Source of the DNA: a virus
Virus record (IMG/VR): IMGVR_UViG_3300025137_000014
Location: 64,001 to 128,000 of that record
DNA length: 64,000 bases
Reading direction: 5' to 3' (one strand)
The notes under the pieces are model-generated. The model was not told where the DNA came from, searched no databases, and saw nothing but the letters and a program-made list of their open reading frames with translations. How positions within the stretch are numbered: position 1 is the first letter of the stretch; every line of letters starts with the position of its first letter. Of this stretch, positions 27,211-37,260 are shown one piece after another. The position numbers and the translations under genes were made by a program.

Positions 27211-27833
27211 AAAAAATTATAGGTATCTGTGGGCTAATAGGTCATGGAAAAGACACAGTTGCAGGTCACTTAATTGAAAACGGCTTTCAACGAATAAGTT
27301 TTGCAGGAGTTCTAAAAGATGCATGTGCAAATATATTCGGATGGGATAGAATACTACTAGAAGGTAACACACCAGAGAGTAGAGTATTCAGAGAACAAGT
27401 TGATGAATGGTGGGCAAAGAGATTAGGTATTCCTAACTTCACACCAAGATGGGCTTTGCAACATGTAGGCACAGATGTATTCAGAACACATTTTCACCCA
27501 GACATATGGGTAGCGGCTTGTGAAAGACAAGTAGAATTAACAGACAAAAACGTAGTCATTTCTGATTGTAGATTTTTTAATGAATTAGATGTTATTAAAA
27601 GATTAGGTGGTAAGACTACTGTAGTATGGCGAAAAGAAAAGCCTGAATGGTGGCAGAATGCTTGTACATCAAATAAGACTAAATCAGAGAATATGCTTGA
27701 TCCCATGAAACGATATCCTGACGTGCATAAAAGTGAGTATAGTTGGGCAGGATGGGACTTTGACGTAGAGTTTGATAACACAAAAGACTTGGAACATCTA
27801 TATATCCAAGTTGCGGACGCATTGTCTACGTAG
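27207..27833 (+). CDS. gp1: Deoxynucleoside monophosphate kinase
   Basis: P-loop GLIGHGKDT, SFA..LK, TPR..LQ..GT, VISDCRF. Confidence 0.9.
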   Translation: MKKIIGICGLIGHGKDTVAGHLIENGFQRISFAGVLKDACANIFGWDRILLEGNTPESRVFREQVDEWWAKRLGIPNFTPRWALQHVGTDVFRTHFHPDIWVAACERQVELTDKNVVISDCRFFNELDVIKRLGGKTTVVWRKEKPEWWQNACTSNKTKSENMLDPMKRYPDVHKSEYSWAGWDFDVEFDNTKDLEHLYIQVADALST

Positions 27834-27932
27834 TTAATTCAAAAACAGCCACTTTTTTGCATTTTTCGATAAATAGTTGTAGCAATAAAGAATTTTGCTA
27901 TAACGCAATTTAAATAATTAAGGAGAGACAGA

Positions 27933-30620
27933 ATGCCTACATTAGTATCACCGGGCGTGTCAGTTGTTGTTAGTGATGAGTCGCAATATGCGGCCGCTAC
28001 ACAAGGTACACTTCCATTACTAGTTGTTGCTACGGCAACAAATAAAACAGACGCATCTGGTTCAGCAATCGCATCTGGAACACTCGAGGCTAACGCCGGT
28101 GTTGCATATCTTGTTTCTTCACAACGAGAATTAGTTGAGACTTTTGGCGAACCTGTGTTCTACGAAGTTGGCGGATCGGTTGTGCAAGGAGCAGAGACAA
28201 GTGAATATGGCCTATTAGCGGCGTATCAATATCTAGGAGTTTCAAATAACGCCTACGTTGTACGTGCTAACGTGGATATGTCACAATTAGAAGCGACTTC
28301 AACAGAACCATCAGGTGCAATTACAGACGGAACACATTGGCACGATGTATCATCATCAAAATTTGGACTATTCAAATACGATGTTACATCAACAGACTGG
28401 GTCGCAGTAACACCCAAAGTGTTAACAGACGCACCAGGAACAGGCAATGTTGAGACACTAAACGCAGACGGCTTTGCATCACCAAAGAACACATACGGTT
28501 CAGGCGGAGATTTTGCAGTCGTAACTTCAACAACAAAGATTACTTACTGGGAAAAAGTAGGTGTTAACTGGGTTGTTGTAGGCGATACAGGATCATCAGA
28601 CTTTCAATGGGCAAGATTTGCACCATCGAAAAAATCAGATGGAACAACAAATTTAGCAGGTGGCGAAATTTACGGTAGACTTACAACACAAGGCGGTGGT
28701 ATAGATTTATCAGCGGCTGTGTATAACTCAACATCAGGACTATGGGTATCAGTACAATCACCAATGTACAACACAGATGACCTAGCAGGTGTTTCATTAA
28801 TCGATGAAGGCGATATCTATGCACGTTATAATGCAACTAAAGGTTTCGTAGAGTTACGTAGACATACAGGTAAAGTAGCTACATCAATTACATCAGGATC
28901 AATCCCTGATACTTCAAGTGTCACTGCCGACTTTTTAGTTGAAGGTGTACAATTTAATGTTACTGCGGTAACACTAGATGCACTTGTAGTACAAATGCAA
29001 ATGAATCAGGCTTTAAATACAGCTAATGTTTCAGTTGAAAAAATCGGCGCTGATAAAGTCAGATGGACTAAATCAGACGGTTTAGAACTAAACATTGTAT
29101 TTACTTCTGGTTTTGTTGCAATGGGATTTGCGGCTTCAAACAATGTTGACAGTGTTTGGTCTGATTTATCATACGAAGCATCATCAACTACACCAAAAGG
29201 TGCAGTTACAGAAGGTGCTCTATGGTTTGATGCAGATTTAAAAATCGAAATACTTAGAAATGCTTACGTAGGTGGTGTCCAACAGTGGCAGAAACATGCG
29301 TGGTCAGAAGACAATGAAGGTCTATTAGGTAATGAATTACAACTACGTTCAGGTATGCCAACAAAACGTAAAGACGGTACAACTGCTCTTTATACTGGTG
29401 ATATCTGGGTTGATAGTGATGCTATGCCTTATCCATACATCTATCGTTGGGATGGTGGAAAATGGGTTAAGCTAGACAATGCTGACCAATCATCAGAGAA
29501 CGGAGTTATCTTCTCACACTATTCAGATGAAGCACCATTTGATGCAGACGGAAATCAAACTTCTCGTACAGTACATTCAAGAGTATCTAATCCAGAATTA
29601 GCACCAGAAAATATGGTAATGGTTAACATGGATTATTCTACTTATAACGTTAAAAGATATACTAACGGTAAGTGGGAGTGGGCATCTGGTTCTAACTTAG
29701 ATGGCTCAGGTAAATTTGGTAAAGATGCACAACGTCACATGGTTGTAGAAGCTATGCAGGCTTCACTTTCAAGCAATGACGGTATTCGTTCAGAGTCCGT
29801 TTACTTTAACTTGATAGCATCACCTGGTTATCCAGAACTAATGGATGAAATGATTGCTCTAAACAAAGATAAGAAAGAAGTTGCTTTCGTTATTGGTGAT
29901 ACACCAATGGACTTGAAATCAGATTCAACATCTTTGAAAAATTGGGCAACAGATAATGTTCCGGCAGAAGCATACGCCGGCGTTTATTACCCACATGGTC
30001 TTTCAACAGACTTATCAGGTAATGACGTTGTTATTCCATCATCAGCAATCGCATTACGTACTATTGCATTCTCAGACCAAGTATCATTCCCATGGTTCGC
30101 ACCAGCAGGCTTGACACGTGGTGTTGTTACAAATGCAAGTAAAGTAGGTTATGTAACTTCTGAAAACGAATTTGCACAAGTTCGTTTAAGTAATGGACAA
30201 CGTGACGCATTATACACTTCACGTGTTAATCCAATCGCAGACCTTCCAAATCAAGGTCTAGTAGTTTATGGTCAAAAAACAACACAGGCATTTGCATCAG
30301 CACTTGACCGTATTAATGTTGCGAGACTTGTAAACTATATGCGTTTCAATTTGGATCAATTATCTCGTGGTTTCTTATTCGAACAGAATGATAAAATCAC
30401 ACGTGATAATATGCGTGATGCAGTAGAACGTTTCTGTGGTGAACTAGTAACTAACAGAGGTCTATTTGACTTCTTAGTTGTTTGTGATGAATCAAACAAT
30501 ACTCCGGCTCGTATCGATAGAAATGAGTTATGGGTAGATGTTGCAATTCAACCAGTGAAAGCAGTAGAGTTTATCTACATTCCACTACGTATTAGAAATA
30601 CAGGCGAATCTCTAGCGTAA
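27933..30620 (+). CDS. gp18: Tail sheath protein
   Basis: MPTLVSPGVSV, WFAPAGLTRG, DRINVARL, PVKAVEFIYI. Confidence 0.95.
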   Translation: MPTLVSPGVSVVVSDESQYAAATQGTLPLLVVATATNKTDASGSAIASGTLEANAGVAYLVSSQRELVETFGEPVFYEVGGSVVQGAETSEYGLLAAYQYLGVSNNAYVVRANVDMSQLEATSTEPSGAITDGTHWHDVSSSKFGLFKYDVTSTDWVAVTPKVLTDAPGTGNVETLNADGFASPKNTYGSGGDFAVVTSTTKITYWEKVGVNWVVVGDTGSSDFQWARFAPSKKSDGTTNLAGGEIYGRLTTQGGGIDLSAAVYNSTSGLWVSVQSPMYNTDDLAGVSLIDEGDIYARYNATKGFVELRRHTGKVATSITSGSIPDTSSVTADFLVEGVQFNVTAVTLDALVVQMQMNQALNTANVSVEKIGADKVRWTKSDGLELNIVFTSGFVAMGFAASNNVDSVWSDLSYEASSTTPKGAVTEGALWFDADLKIEILRNAYVGGVQQWQKHAWSEDNEGLLGNELQLRSGMPTKRKDGTTALYTGDIWVDSDAMPYPYIYRWDGGKWVKLDNADQSSENGVIFSHYSDEAPFDADGNQTSRTVHSRVSNPELAPENMVMVNMDYSTYNVKRYTNGKWEWASGSNLDGSGKFGKDAQRHMVVEAMQASLSSNDGIRSESVYFNLIASPGYPELMDEMIALNKDKKEVAFVIGDTPMDLKSDSTSLKNWATDNVPAEAYAGVYYPHGLSTDLSGNDVVIPSSAIALRTIAFSDQVSFPWFAPAGLTRGVVTNASKVGYVTSENEFAQVRLSNGQRDALYTSRVNPIADLPNQGLVVYGQKTTQAFASALDRINVARLVNYMRFNLDQLSRGFLFEQNDKITRDNMRDAVERFCGELVTNRGLFDFLVVCDESNNTPARIDRNELWVDVAIQPVKAVEFIYIPLRIRNTGESLA

Positions 30621-30647
30621 GCTGAGATAAAACCAATAAAAATCTTA

Positions 30648-30674
30648 AAAACCCGGCTTTATTGTCGGGTTTTT
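30648..30674 (+). terminator. Intrinsic terminator
   Basis: AAAACCCGGC...GTCGGGTTTTT. Confidence 0.75.
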
Positions 30675-30758
30675 ATTAACTACAACTTTAATTATATTCA
30701 TATTAGATAAATACTCTTATATAAAGTAAAGTTTCGAAACTTTTTAGGAGACAAAAAC

Positions 30759-31358
30759 ATGGCAAGAACATTAAATACTTTTGGTGTACCTACAGACAGT
30801 GGCGATGGCGTAACTGGCTCTGGTATACTACAGCCTAAATTAAACTATCGTTTCCGTGTTCAAGTAGCAGGGTTCGGTGGTGTAGCTACAAACACTACTG
30901 AATTCACAAGACAAGTTATGAACGTAACTCGTCCAAAGATTACACACGAATCAATTCCTGTAGATTCATATAACTCTCGTATGTATATGATGGGTAAACA
31001 CACATGGGAACCTATCACAATTACTCTACGTGATGATATAGCAAATAATTTAACTAAACTAGTAGGCAGACAAGTACAATCGCAGTTGAACCACAGAAAT
31101 CAAGCTGGTCCGGCGGCAGGTACTAACTACAAGTTTTCTACATTAATTGAAATACTTGACGGTAACTCAGGCAATCCAAATGAACAATGGCAACTAGAAG
31201 GTTGTTTTGTTCAGAATGCAGATTATTCTCAGTCAGATTACTCAGTTTCAGATCCAGTAACTATCGCACTTACATTACAGTACGATAACGCTGTATTCAC
31301 TGATACTGAAATTATGCCTGATATAACATTTACAAATAATTCAAGCATTCTCGGTTAA
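30759..31358 (+). CDS. gp19: Tail tube protein
   Basis: Follows sheath; RP.I......, GK.TWEPITITLRDD, LTLQYD. Confidence 0.85.
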   Translation: MARTLNTFGVPTDSGDGVTGSGILQPKLNYRFRVQVAGFGGVATNTTEFTRQVMNVTRPKITHESIPVDSYNSRMYMMGKHTWEPITITLRDDIANNLTKLVGRQVQSQLNHRNQAGPAAGTNYKFSTLIEILDGNSGNPNEQWQLEGCFVQNADYSQSDYSVSDPVTIALTLQYDNAVFTDTEIMPDITFTNNSSILG

Positions 31359-31374
31359 TCTTAGGTAGGCTATT

Positions 31375-32985
31375 ATGGCTACACAGAGACAAGGCGGTTT
31401 TAACTTAACTGGCAATAGGGTTATACAGGATAGCACTAATGCTAGAAAAAGATTTGGGTTCGACGGTGTCGGACCCATTACTACAGCTCCAAAATTTGGA
31501 GATATGTGGTATGTGGAATTCCACACAGTAAATAAAGGCGCTCTAGGTCAATCACTCCCAAACAACAGATTCGTTAAAGCAGTAGGTGGCGTAAGTATTG
31601 CAACATCTACAGTACCAATCGATAGATATGGTAAACGAGTACATATTCCTACACGTGTAGATTTTGGTGAAGTGTCAATTAGTATGTATGATACTATTAA
31701 TGGTGATACTTTTCAATTAATGAATAGTATCTATAACAGATTTTTTAATAACGGTAGTATACCAACCGATACAGCAAATATAGAAAAAAGTATTGCTGAT
31801 ATAAATCAAGGTAGAAAATTCCCAACATCAGGTAAAGCATTTCATCAGAATTTTGAAAAGGTTGTGATATTTCACTTCTTTGGTAACCTAGATGGTTCAC
31901 CAAGTTCATCAGATTTTACTGGAACAGTGCATGACCAAGTTGGCACAGGAAAAATTCAAAAAATTACATTAGTTAACCCTTTAGTTACTTCTATTAATTT
32001 CTCACCAAGTGATTATGCAGATAGTAATCTAAAAATGATTGATTTTAATTTGCAACCAGAAAATGTCACATTCGAAACAGTTGCAGATGAGATAGCATTC
32101 CCTAAATGGATGACAGATGGTCAGCCATATATACTGGAGTCTTTAGTTAGTCAATCAAGTGTTCGTGACACAGAAGCAGGAACAGATGAATGGAATAATA
32201 AACTTAATGAGTTACTAGGACAATTTAAAAAAGATACTAGTGATATTAATAATGTAGAAAATCAAGAACAAGAACTTCCATTCTGGTCAAACGATACTAA
32301 TAGGTCTTTACTTGCTAATCAAACGGCTGAGACACAGGCACTTATCAATAAACAAAAAATTGATGAGTTAACAAAACTTAATAATGCAGTTCAATCAACT
32401 GGATTACCAGCAAATGAATTCAATGGACAAGATATTGACCCAGCCCAATTTTCAAATGTACTACAAGCAAAGAATGAACTTGCAAAAGTAGAATTTGAAG
32501 AAGCAAAATCAAGACATCAATTCATTGAAGCACTACCAACAGAACCTAGATTTAGTGATCCGTTTGTTCCAGAAACAAAATATCCTCAAGTAGCAGATTT
32601 TGCCAACTTAGGCAATACATATGATGGCGGTACGGGATCATATGGTGCAAGTAACTTAGGTGGTGCAATTAAAAATGAATTAGTAAATGCTTTCTTTAAT
32701 GGAAGAAGTATTAATTGGGGTAATATTAGAAATTCAGCCGCTCAAGGTATTGTAGGAAATTCAGGTATCGGTTCTTTACAGAATTTAAGTAAAACAAAAC
32801 AAAGTAAGTTCGGTATCTTAGGTGATTTAGTTAGAGACGGTATTAACAATTCAAGTAGAAAGAGTGGAGGACAAGTACAAACTACTACAGTTCCTTCAAA
32901 CACAACATCAGCTACTTCATCGTCACTTAATAATGCACAATCTTCTATTAATGTATTAAAGAATTTAACGAGAGGTGTACAATAA
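31375..32985 (+). CDS. Tube-fold baseplate protein (gp48/gp54-like) with long C-terminal extension
   Basis: N-terminal tube-like motif IDRYGKRVHIPTRVDFGEVSISMYD. Confidence 0.55.
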   Translation: MATQRQGGFNLTGNRVIQDSTNARKRFGFDGVGPITTAPKFGDMWYVEFHTVNKGALGQSLPNNRFVKAVGGVSIATSTVPIDRYGKRVHIPTRVDFGEVSISMYDTINGDTFQLMNSIYNRFFNNGSIPTDTANIEKSIADINQGRKFPTSGKAFHQNFEKVVIFHFFGNLDGSPSSSDFTGTVHDQVGTGKIQKITLVNPLVTSINFSPSDYADSNLKMIDFNLQPENVTFETVADEIAFPKWMTDGQPYILESLVSQSSVRDTEAGTDEWNNKLNELLGQFKKDTSDINNVENQEQELPFWSNDTNRSLLANQTAETQALINKQKIDELTKLNNAVQSTGLPANEFNGQDIDPAQFSNVLQAKNELAKVEFEEAKSRHQFIEALPTEPRFSDPFVPETKYPQVADFANLGNTYDGGTGSYGASNLGGAIKNELVNAFFNGRSINWGNIRNSAAQGIVGNSGIGSLQNLSKTKQSKFGILGDLVRDGINNSSRKSGGQVQTTTVPSNTTSATSSSLNNAQSSINVLKNLTRGVQ

Positions 32986-33254
32986 TGGCATTTGATATAG
33001 ATGTATTAAAGGCAAAATTCCTAAAGAAAGGCTTTACAGAGGCTAAGGCAGATACGTTTGCTAGAGAAATAACAAACGTAGCAAGAAGTTACGGATTAAG
33101 CCCATATCAATTAGTTGATGAAATAGGACCTAACTTTGAATTAAATGATTTAGGCGCATTTGTAATTAATAGTTCTTTGAGATTCGGTTATCAGACTGGT
33201 AAAATAAAACCATCTAAACCTAACACTATGGTCCAAAGAGCAATTATTACATGA
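32985..33254 (+). CDS. Hypothetical protein
   Basis: Coupled ORF. Confidence 0.6.
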   Translation: MAFDIDVLKAKFLKKGFTEAKADTFAREITNVARSYGLSPYQLVDEIGPNFELNDLGAFVINSSLRFGYQTGKIKPSKPNTMVQRAIIT

Positions 33255-33712
33255 GGCAAAAGTACCATCAAGGAAAATATACAATAAGAAACCCACAGAA
33301 GTATTCTGGGAGAGGTGAACCAACCTTTAGAAGTAGTTGGGAACGTACTTTTATGAATTTCTGTGATGATAATCCAAGTGTTGTAGCTTGGGCAAGTGAA
33401 CCTTGTAAGATAACATATCAAAACCCTTTAAATGGCAAAGTTACTGGATACGTTCCTGACTTTATCATTGTTTATATGGATAAAAAGGGCAATAAGAACG
33501 CAGAGTTAGTTGAAATTAAACCTGCAACACAATCTAACCCAGAATTAGCAAGAAGAAGAACAGACAAAGCGGCTGTTGTACAGAATTTTGCTAAATGGGA
33601 TGCGGCAACCTCTTGGGCGAAGAAAAGAGGCATGCGTTTTCGTGTATTAAACGAAGGTGACATATATCAAAACACAAAAAAGCCTAAGCCTGTCAAAAGA
33701 AAAAAGAAATAA
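33251..33712 (+). CDS. gp4: Head completion nuclease (TnsA-like)
   Basis: FRSSWE..FM..CD.NP.V..W.SEP..I.Y, YVPDF, VEIKP, KW.AA. Confidence 0.88.
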   Translation: MRQKYHQGKYTIRNPQKYSGRGEPTFRSSWERTFMNFCDDNPSVVAWASEPCKITYQNPLNGKVTGYVPDFIIVYMDKKGNKNAELVEIKPATQSNPELARRRTDKAAVVQNFAKWDAATSWAKKRGMRFRVLNEGDIYQNTKKPKPVKRKKK

Positions 33713-33761
33713 TTTTAGCAATGATAAATACTATTAACTACTGATATAATAGGAACAACAG

Positions 33762-34325
33762 ATGACTAAAAAATTAGAAGAAACGTTTAATATTACAGGC
33801 GCAGAAGAAGACAAGACATATGAGAATGAAGTTGAACGTGATACACCTTCTATAGAAGAATCTAACGAGATTACTAAAATCATCAATACTGAAATGAAGA
33901 CGGCAGAGAAAATCGATGCATCACTTCCTATGGTATCAGATTTAAATGAGCATGACAGAGAAATGGATGATATTCATGGAAGAGCCATGCAAACATTTGA
34001 AGATTTACTGCAATTAGGTATGAATGTAGAAGTACATGCAGGTGCAAAGATATTAGAAACAGCAAATCAGCTATTAAAGACAGCTAAAGAAGCCAAAGAC
34101 AGCAAAGTAGACAGAAAACTCAAAATGATTAATCTACAGTTGCAAAAAGCGAAGCTAGACCATCAAGTAGACAGAGATACTAGTAAAGATGACAATGAAA
34201 TAGAGTCTGAAGGCTCTCTAAACCTTGATAGAAATGAATTATTGAAGCGAATTGCTAATGCACAAAAGGTTGCAGATGAAGTAACTGGCAAGAAACCATT
34301 AAAAAATAACAAAAATGATAAATAA
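33762..34325 (+). CDS. Probable terminase small subunit (gp16-like)
   Basis: Helical, ETANQLLKT..EA.DSKVD pattern similar to T4-like small terminases; late promoter 33723-33730. Confidence 0.5.
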   Translation: MTKKLEETFNITGAEEDKTYENEVERDTPSIEESNEITKIINTEMKTAEKIDASLPMVSDLNEHDREMDDIHGRAMQTFEDLLQLGMNVEVHAGAKILETANQLLKTAKEAKDSKVDRKLKMINLQLQKAKLDHQVDRDTSKDDNEIESEGSLNLDRNELLKRIANAQKVADEVTGKKPLKNNKNDK

Positions 34326-34347
34326 GAGTAGTACGTTGGAGAACAAC

Positions 34348-34914
34348 ATGAAGAAATTTAAAGAATTTTTAACAGAGTCAGAAAAAGAACATAAATTCAC
34401 AATGCGTTTTTGCTGTGAATTAGATGCCAATGCAGAAGATAGAATTGAAAAGTTTCTAGGTAAATATGACCTTAGAACACTATCAAAAACTTCTACTACA
34501 CCGGTATCAAAGAATCCAATGTTCTTTAAAGAAGTAGAAAACTCAGAAGTATCTAAGATTGATGTGGTTACAGGTTATCCTATATCAGCCGATATCTTAA
34601 GACAACAACTTTCTGATTTGTTAGGTATGCATTTAACTCATGTTGCAGTACATCCAGAAGGATGGGAACCAACAGAGGAAGAAGAAGCAGATGACAAAGA
34701 AGCATTGCTTACTTCCGAAGAAGAATCAAAATCAGACGATGGTGAAAACTATGGTCGTACTTTTGTAGACGATTTTCTAAAGTCATTAACACCAAAAGAA
34801 ACAGATACAGTAGAAAATGAATTAAGTCCGAAAGAAGTGCGAGACCAAGCACCAGAACAAATGGATACAGAAGAAAAATCTAGTCCATCTGTTATCTCAG
34901 GAGATAAAAAATGA
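34348..34914 (+). CDS. Putative internal head protein (start MKKFKEFLTE)
   Basis: SD GGAGA 34338-34342 and GATAAATA 34317-34324 support this start over track start 34315. Confidence 0.65.
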   Translation: MKKFKEFLTESEKEHKFTMRFCCELDANAEDRIEKFLGKYDLRTLSKTSTTPVSKNPMFFKEVENSEVSKIDVVTGYPISADILRQQLSDLLGMHLTHVAVHPEGWEPTEEEEADDKEALLTSEEESKSDDGENYGRTFVDDFLKSLTPKETDTVENELSPKEVRDQAPEQMDTEEKSSPSVISGDKK

Positions 34915-35771
34915 GCAAACATTATAATTTAACTGTTACTGATGATAACGGGAAGTCAGTTACTACATCAAATACAAGTACAGAGCATCCAGACGAAGTT
35001 TTACGTATGATGCAACTAGCAGGTATGCAATCAGAACCACAATGTGGTATGGAAAGTGTTGAAGAAAATGAATATCAGCCTACTCCAAAAAATGATAAGT
35101 TAGACCTAGATGACTACTCAAAGAAATCTCCAGAAAGTATTTCAAAACAACCTAAAAAACTACAACCGTCAAGAGGCGATAATCCATTAGAATATTCTTT
35201 AGATGAAAATGAAATTTATGAATCTTTAATCAATGAAATGGATTCAGACTGTGGTTGCGGACCAGACTGTGAATGTGAAGGTAATTGTGGACCAGACTGT
35301 GGTTGCGGACCTGAGTGCAATGAAAGTGTAAAAGAAGGAAAACTTCCTCCTGGGTTACAAGCATATCAAGATAAGAAAAAAGGCAAAAAATCTGATAAAG
35401 AAGAAGATAAAGTTGAAGAAAAAGCAAAACCAGATTTTGCAGATATCGATAAAGACGGTAATGAAAAAGAAACAATGAAAAAAGCCGCTAAAGATAAAAA
35501 AGAAAAGACCAATGAATCAGATTCAGCAAGATTACAAGATTTAGCAAGACTAAAGCATCTATCAGGTATGGGATCTGCGAATGAACTACTACATGAATAT
35601 AAAGCTGATAAAGTAGAAAAAGTAGACGAAGTACTTCCAGCAGTAGTAGGTGCAGTAGCAGGTGCGGCAGTAAAAGGTATTGCAAAAGGTGTTGCGAAAG
35701 CGGCAGGCAAGGCTGTAAAAACAGGCGCTAAAGCAGTTGCTGGTATGTCAAATCAACATAACTCTCAATAA
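34911..35771 (+). CDS. Putative head protein with Cys-rich repeat, DxDxDG motif and Ala/Lys tail
   Basis: Translation features; coupled to upstream gene. Confidence 0.65.
   Translation: MSKHYNLTVTDDNGKSVTTSNTSTEHPDEVLRMMQLAGMQSEPQCGMESVEENEYQPTPKNDKLDLDDYSKKSPESISKQPKKLQPSRGDNPLEYSLDENEIYESLINEMDSDCGCGPDCECEGNCGPDCGCGPECNESVKEGKLPPGLQAYQDKKKGKKSDKEEDKVEEKAKPDFADIDKDGNEKETMKKAAKDKKEKTNESDSARLQDLARLKHLSGMGSANELLHEYKADKVEKVDEVLPAVVGAVAGAAVKGIAKGVAKAAGKAVKTGAKAVAGMSNQHNSQ
35245..35311 (+). repeat. Exact 19-nt direct repeat, 48-bp period
   Basis: CAGACTGTGGTTGCGGACC at 35245-35263 and 35293-35311. Confidence 0.9.
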
Positions 35772-35840
35772 TTCAACGAATCCTCTAAATACAGTTACAA
35801 CTTGATTATTCTATCAAGACTATGAAGAGGAGAAACACCA

Positions 35841-36206
35841 ATGTATCATTCAGAAACTATGATCCAGATGATGGAAGACCTGCAACGTCAGGCTTCTGAA
35901 ATGGAAAGACATGTCAAAGACATGATGGAAGCAGAAGGTAGAGCATGTGGCATCGAACTTGATAAAAGAAAAAATGCACGTGACCTAATGCACGAACTAG
36001 TAGAACACCAAACACACTCAGATAACCAAGCAGAAATGACATGGGCATATGTACCTACAGATAATGTAGACTATGATACTCATTCAACTGATTGGGATAA
36101 TGCAATGCATTCACCATGGGCAGGAGCTAATGGAGAAATGCTAACAGAACAAGATTTATGGCACGAAACTGACCACGTAATGCCAGCTGACCAAGACAAT
36201 GCCTAA
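35841..36206 (+). CDS. Hypothetical protein
   Basis: SD GAGGAG; terminator 36244-36273. Confidence 0.7.
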   Translation: MYHSETMIQMMEDLQRQASEMERHVKDMMEAEGRACGIELDKRKNARDLMHELVEHQTHSDNQAEMTWAYVPTDNVDYDTHSTDWDNAMHSPWAGANGEMLTEQDLWHETDHVMPADQDNA

Positions 36207-36243
36207 GGCATTTTAAAGAATAAAAAATTTATGTTCTAAATTA

Positions 36244-36273
36244 AAAGCAGTCTTTATTGGACTGCTTTTTTTT
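36244..36273 (+). terminator. Intrinsic terminator
   Basis: AAAAGCAGTC...GGACTGCTTTT then T-run. Confidence 0.8.
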
Positions 36274-36315
36274 GATAAATATGGTTAATACCAAGTTATT
36301 CTAAAGGAGATTAAG

Positions 36316-37167
36316 ATGGCAAAATATCGTGGTGTAACCTGGCAAAATGCAGGTGCGGGCCCAAAAGTAATAGTTAGACGCTCAATTTGGTTAGCGGAAC
36401 TAGAAGATTTCGGAGTAATAACAGATTCAGCAGATGACTTGCCAACAGGCGGTGCTGTACACAGAGCGTCAACTGGAGGATCTAAATCCGGTACAAGAGA
36501 ATTCGTAGATTTATCTACAGTAAATGATTCGGTAGTAGTCGATACACAAGACCATGGACTAATAACAGATACAGCGGTTACGACTGCATGGCCAACTCAA
36601 ACATCAACTGGAACGCCAACACAGGCACGTACTCATTATCTACGTGTTACAGGTGCTAGTTATAATACTAATATATCATCTTACATAAATGACCATGTTG
36701 ATATGGATAGTGACCACCCTGATTGGACTTCAACTGGTATGACTACTGACGTTACACTTGTTAAAGTAGTACATGCTCCATCAAGTACAACACTGGAATT
36801 AGGCGATGCAATACCGTCTAATACGTTTACCTTGTCGGGCAACAGTGCATATCATACTTGGGGATTGGATGATTCTGCATACTCAAGCATTCATGCACCA
36901 AATGGATATCATATATCAGGATTTACAAAAGATGCTCAGTCAAGTTATACAAGATGGAACATTGATTATGACGGTTCGCAATTCGGTGCAAGAGCAACAG
37001 TACTTGACCAATTGTTTGAAGGACAAGTAATTTCAAATTATGAAAATACTGCATGGCTTACTTTTTACGATGCTGATGGCTATAAATATGAGTTTTCTCA
37101 TCATAGAAGAAGTACAAATGGTTACGATGACCAGTTCGAATATAACGGCACAACACAAGTATATTAA
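36316..37167 (+). CDS. Hypothetical late protein, probably virion-associated
   Basis: GATAAATA 36274-36281; D(F/H)GxITD motifs also in fibre ORF 13178. Confidence 0.65.
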   Translation: MAKYRGVTWQNAGAGPKVIVRRSIWLAELEDFGVITDSADDLPTGGAVHRASTGGSKSGTREFVDLSTVNDSVVVDTQDHGLITDTAVTTAWPTQTSTGTPTQARTHYLRVTGASYNTNISSYINDHVDMDSDHPDWTSTGMTTDVTLVKVVHAPSSTTLELGDAIPSNTFTLSGNSAYHTWGLDDSAYSSIHAPNGYHISGFTKDAQSSYTRWNIDYDGSQFGARATVLDQLFEGQVISNYENTAWLTFYDADGYKYEFSHHRRSTNGYDDQFEYNGTTQVY

Positions 37168-37190
37168 TAATTTTCAACTTATCTAAAATT

Positions 37191-37218
37191 AAAAGGGAGT
37201 TAGTTCTCCCTTTTTTTT
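37191..37218 (+). terminator. Intrinsic terminator
   Basis: AAAAGGGAG...CTCCCTTTT then T-run. Confidence 0.75.
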
Positions 37219-37260
37219 ATGCATAAATAGTATTATATTAGAAGTTAATTAGGATAATAC

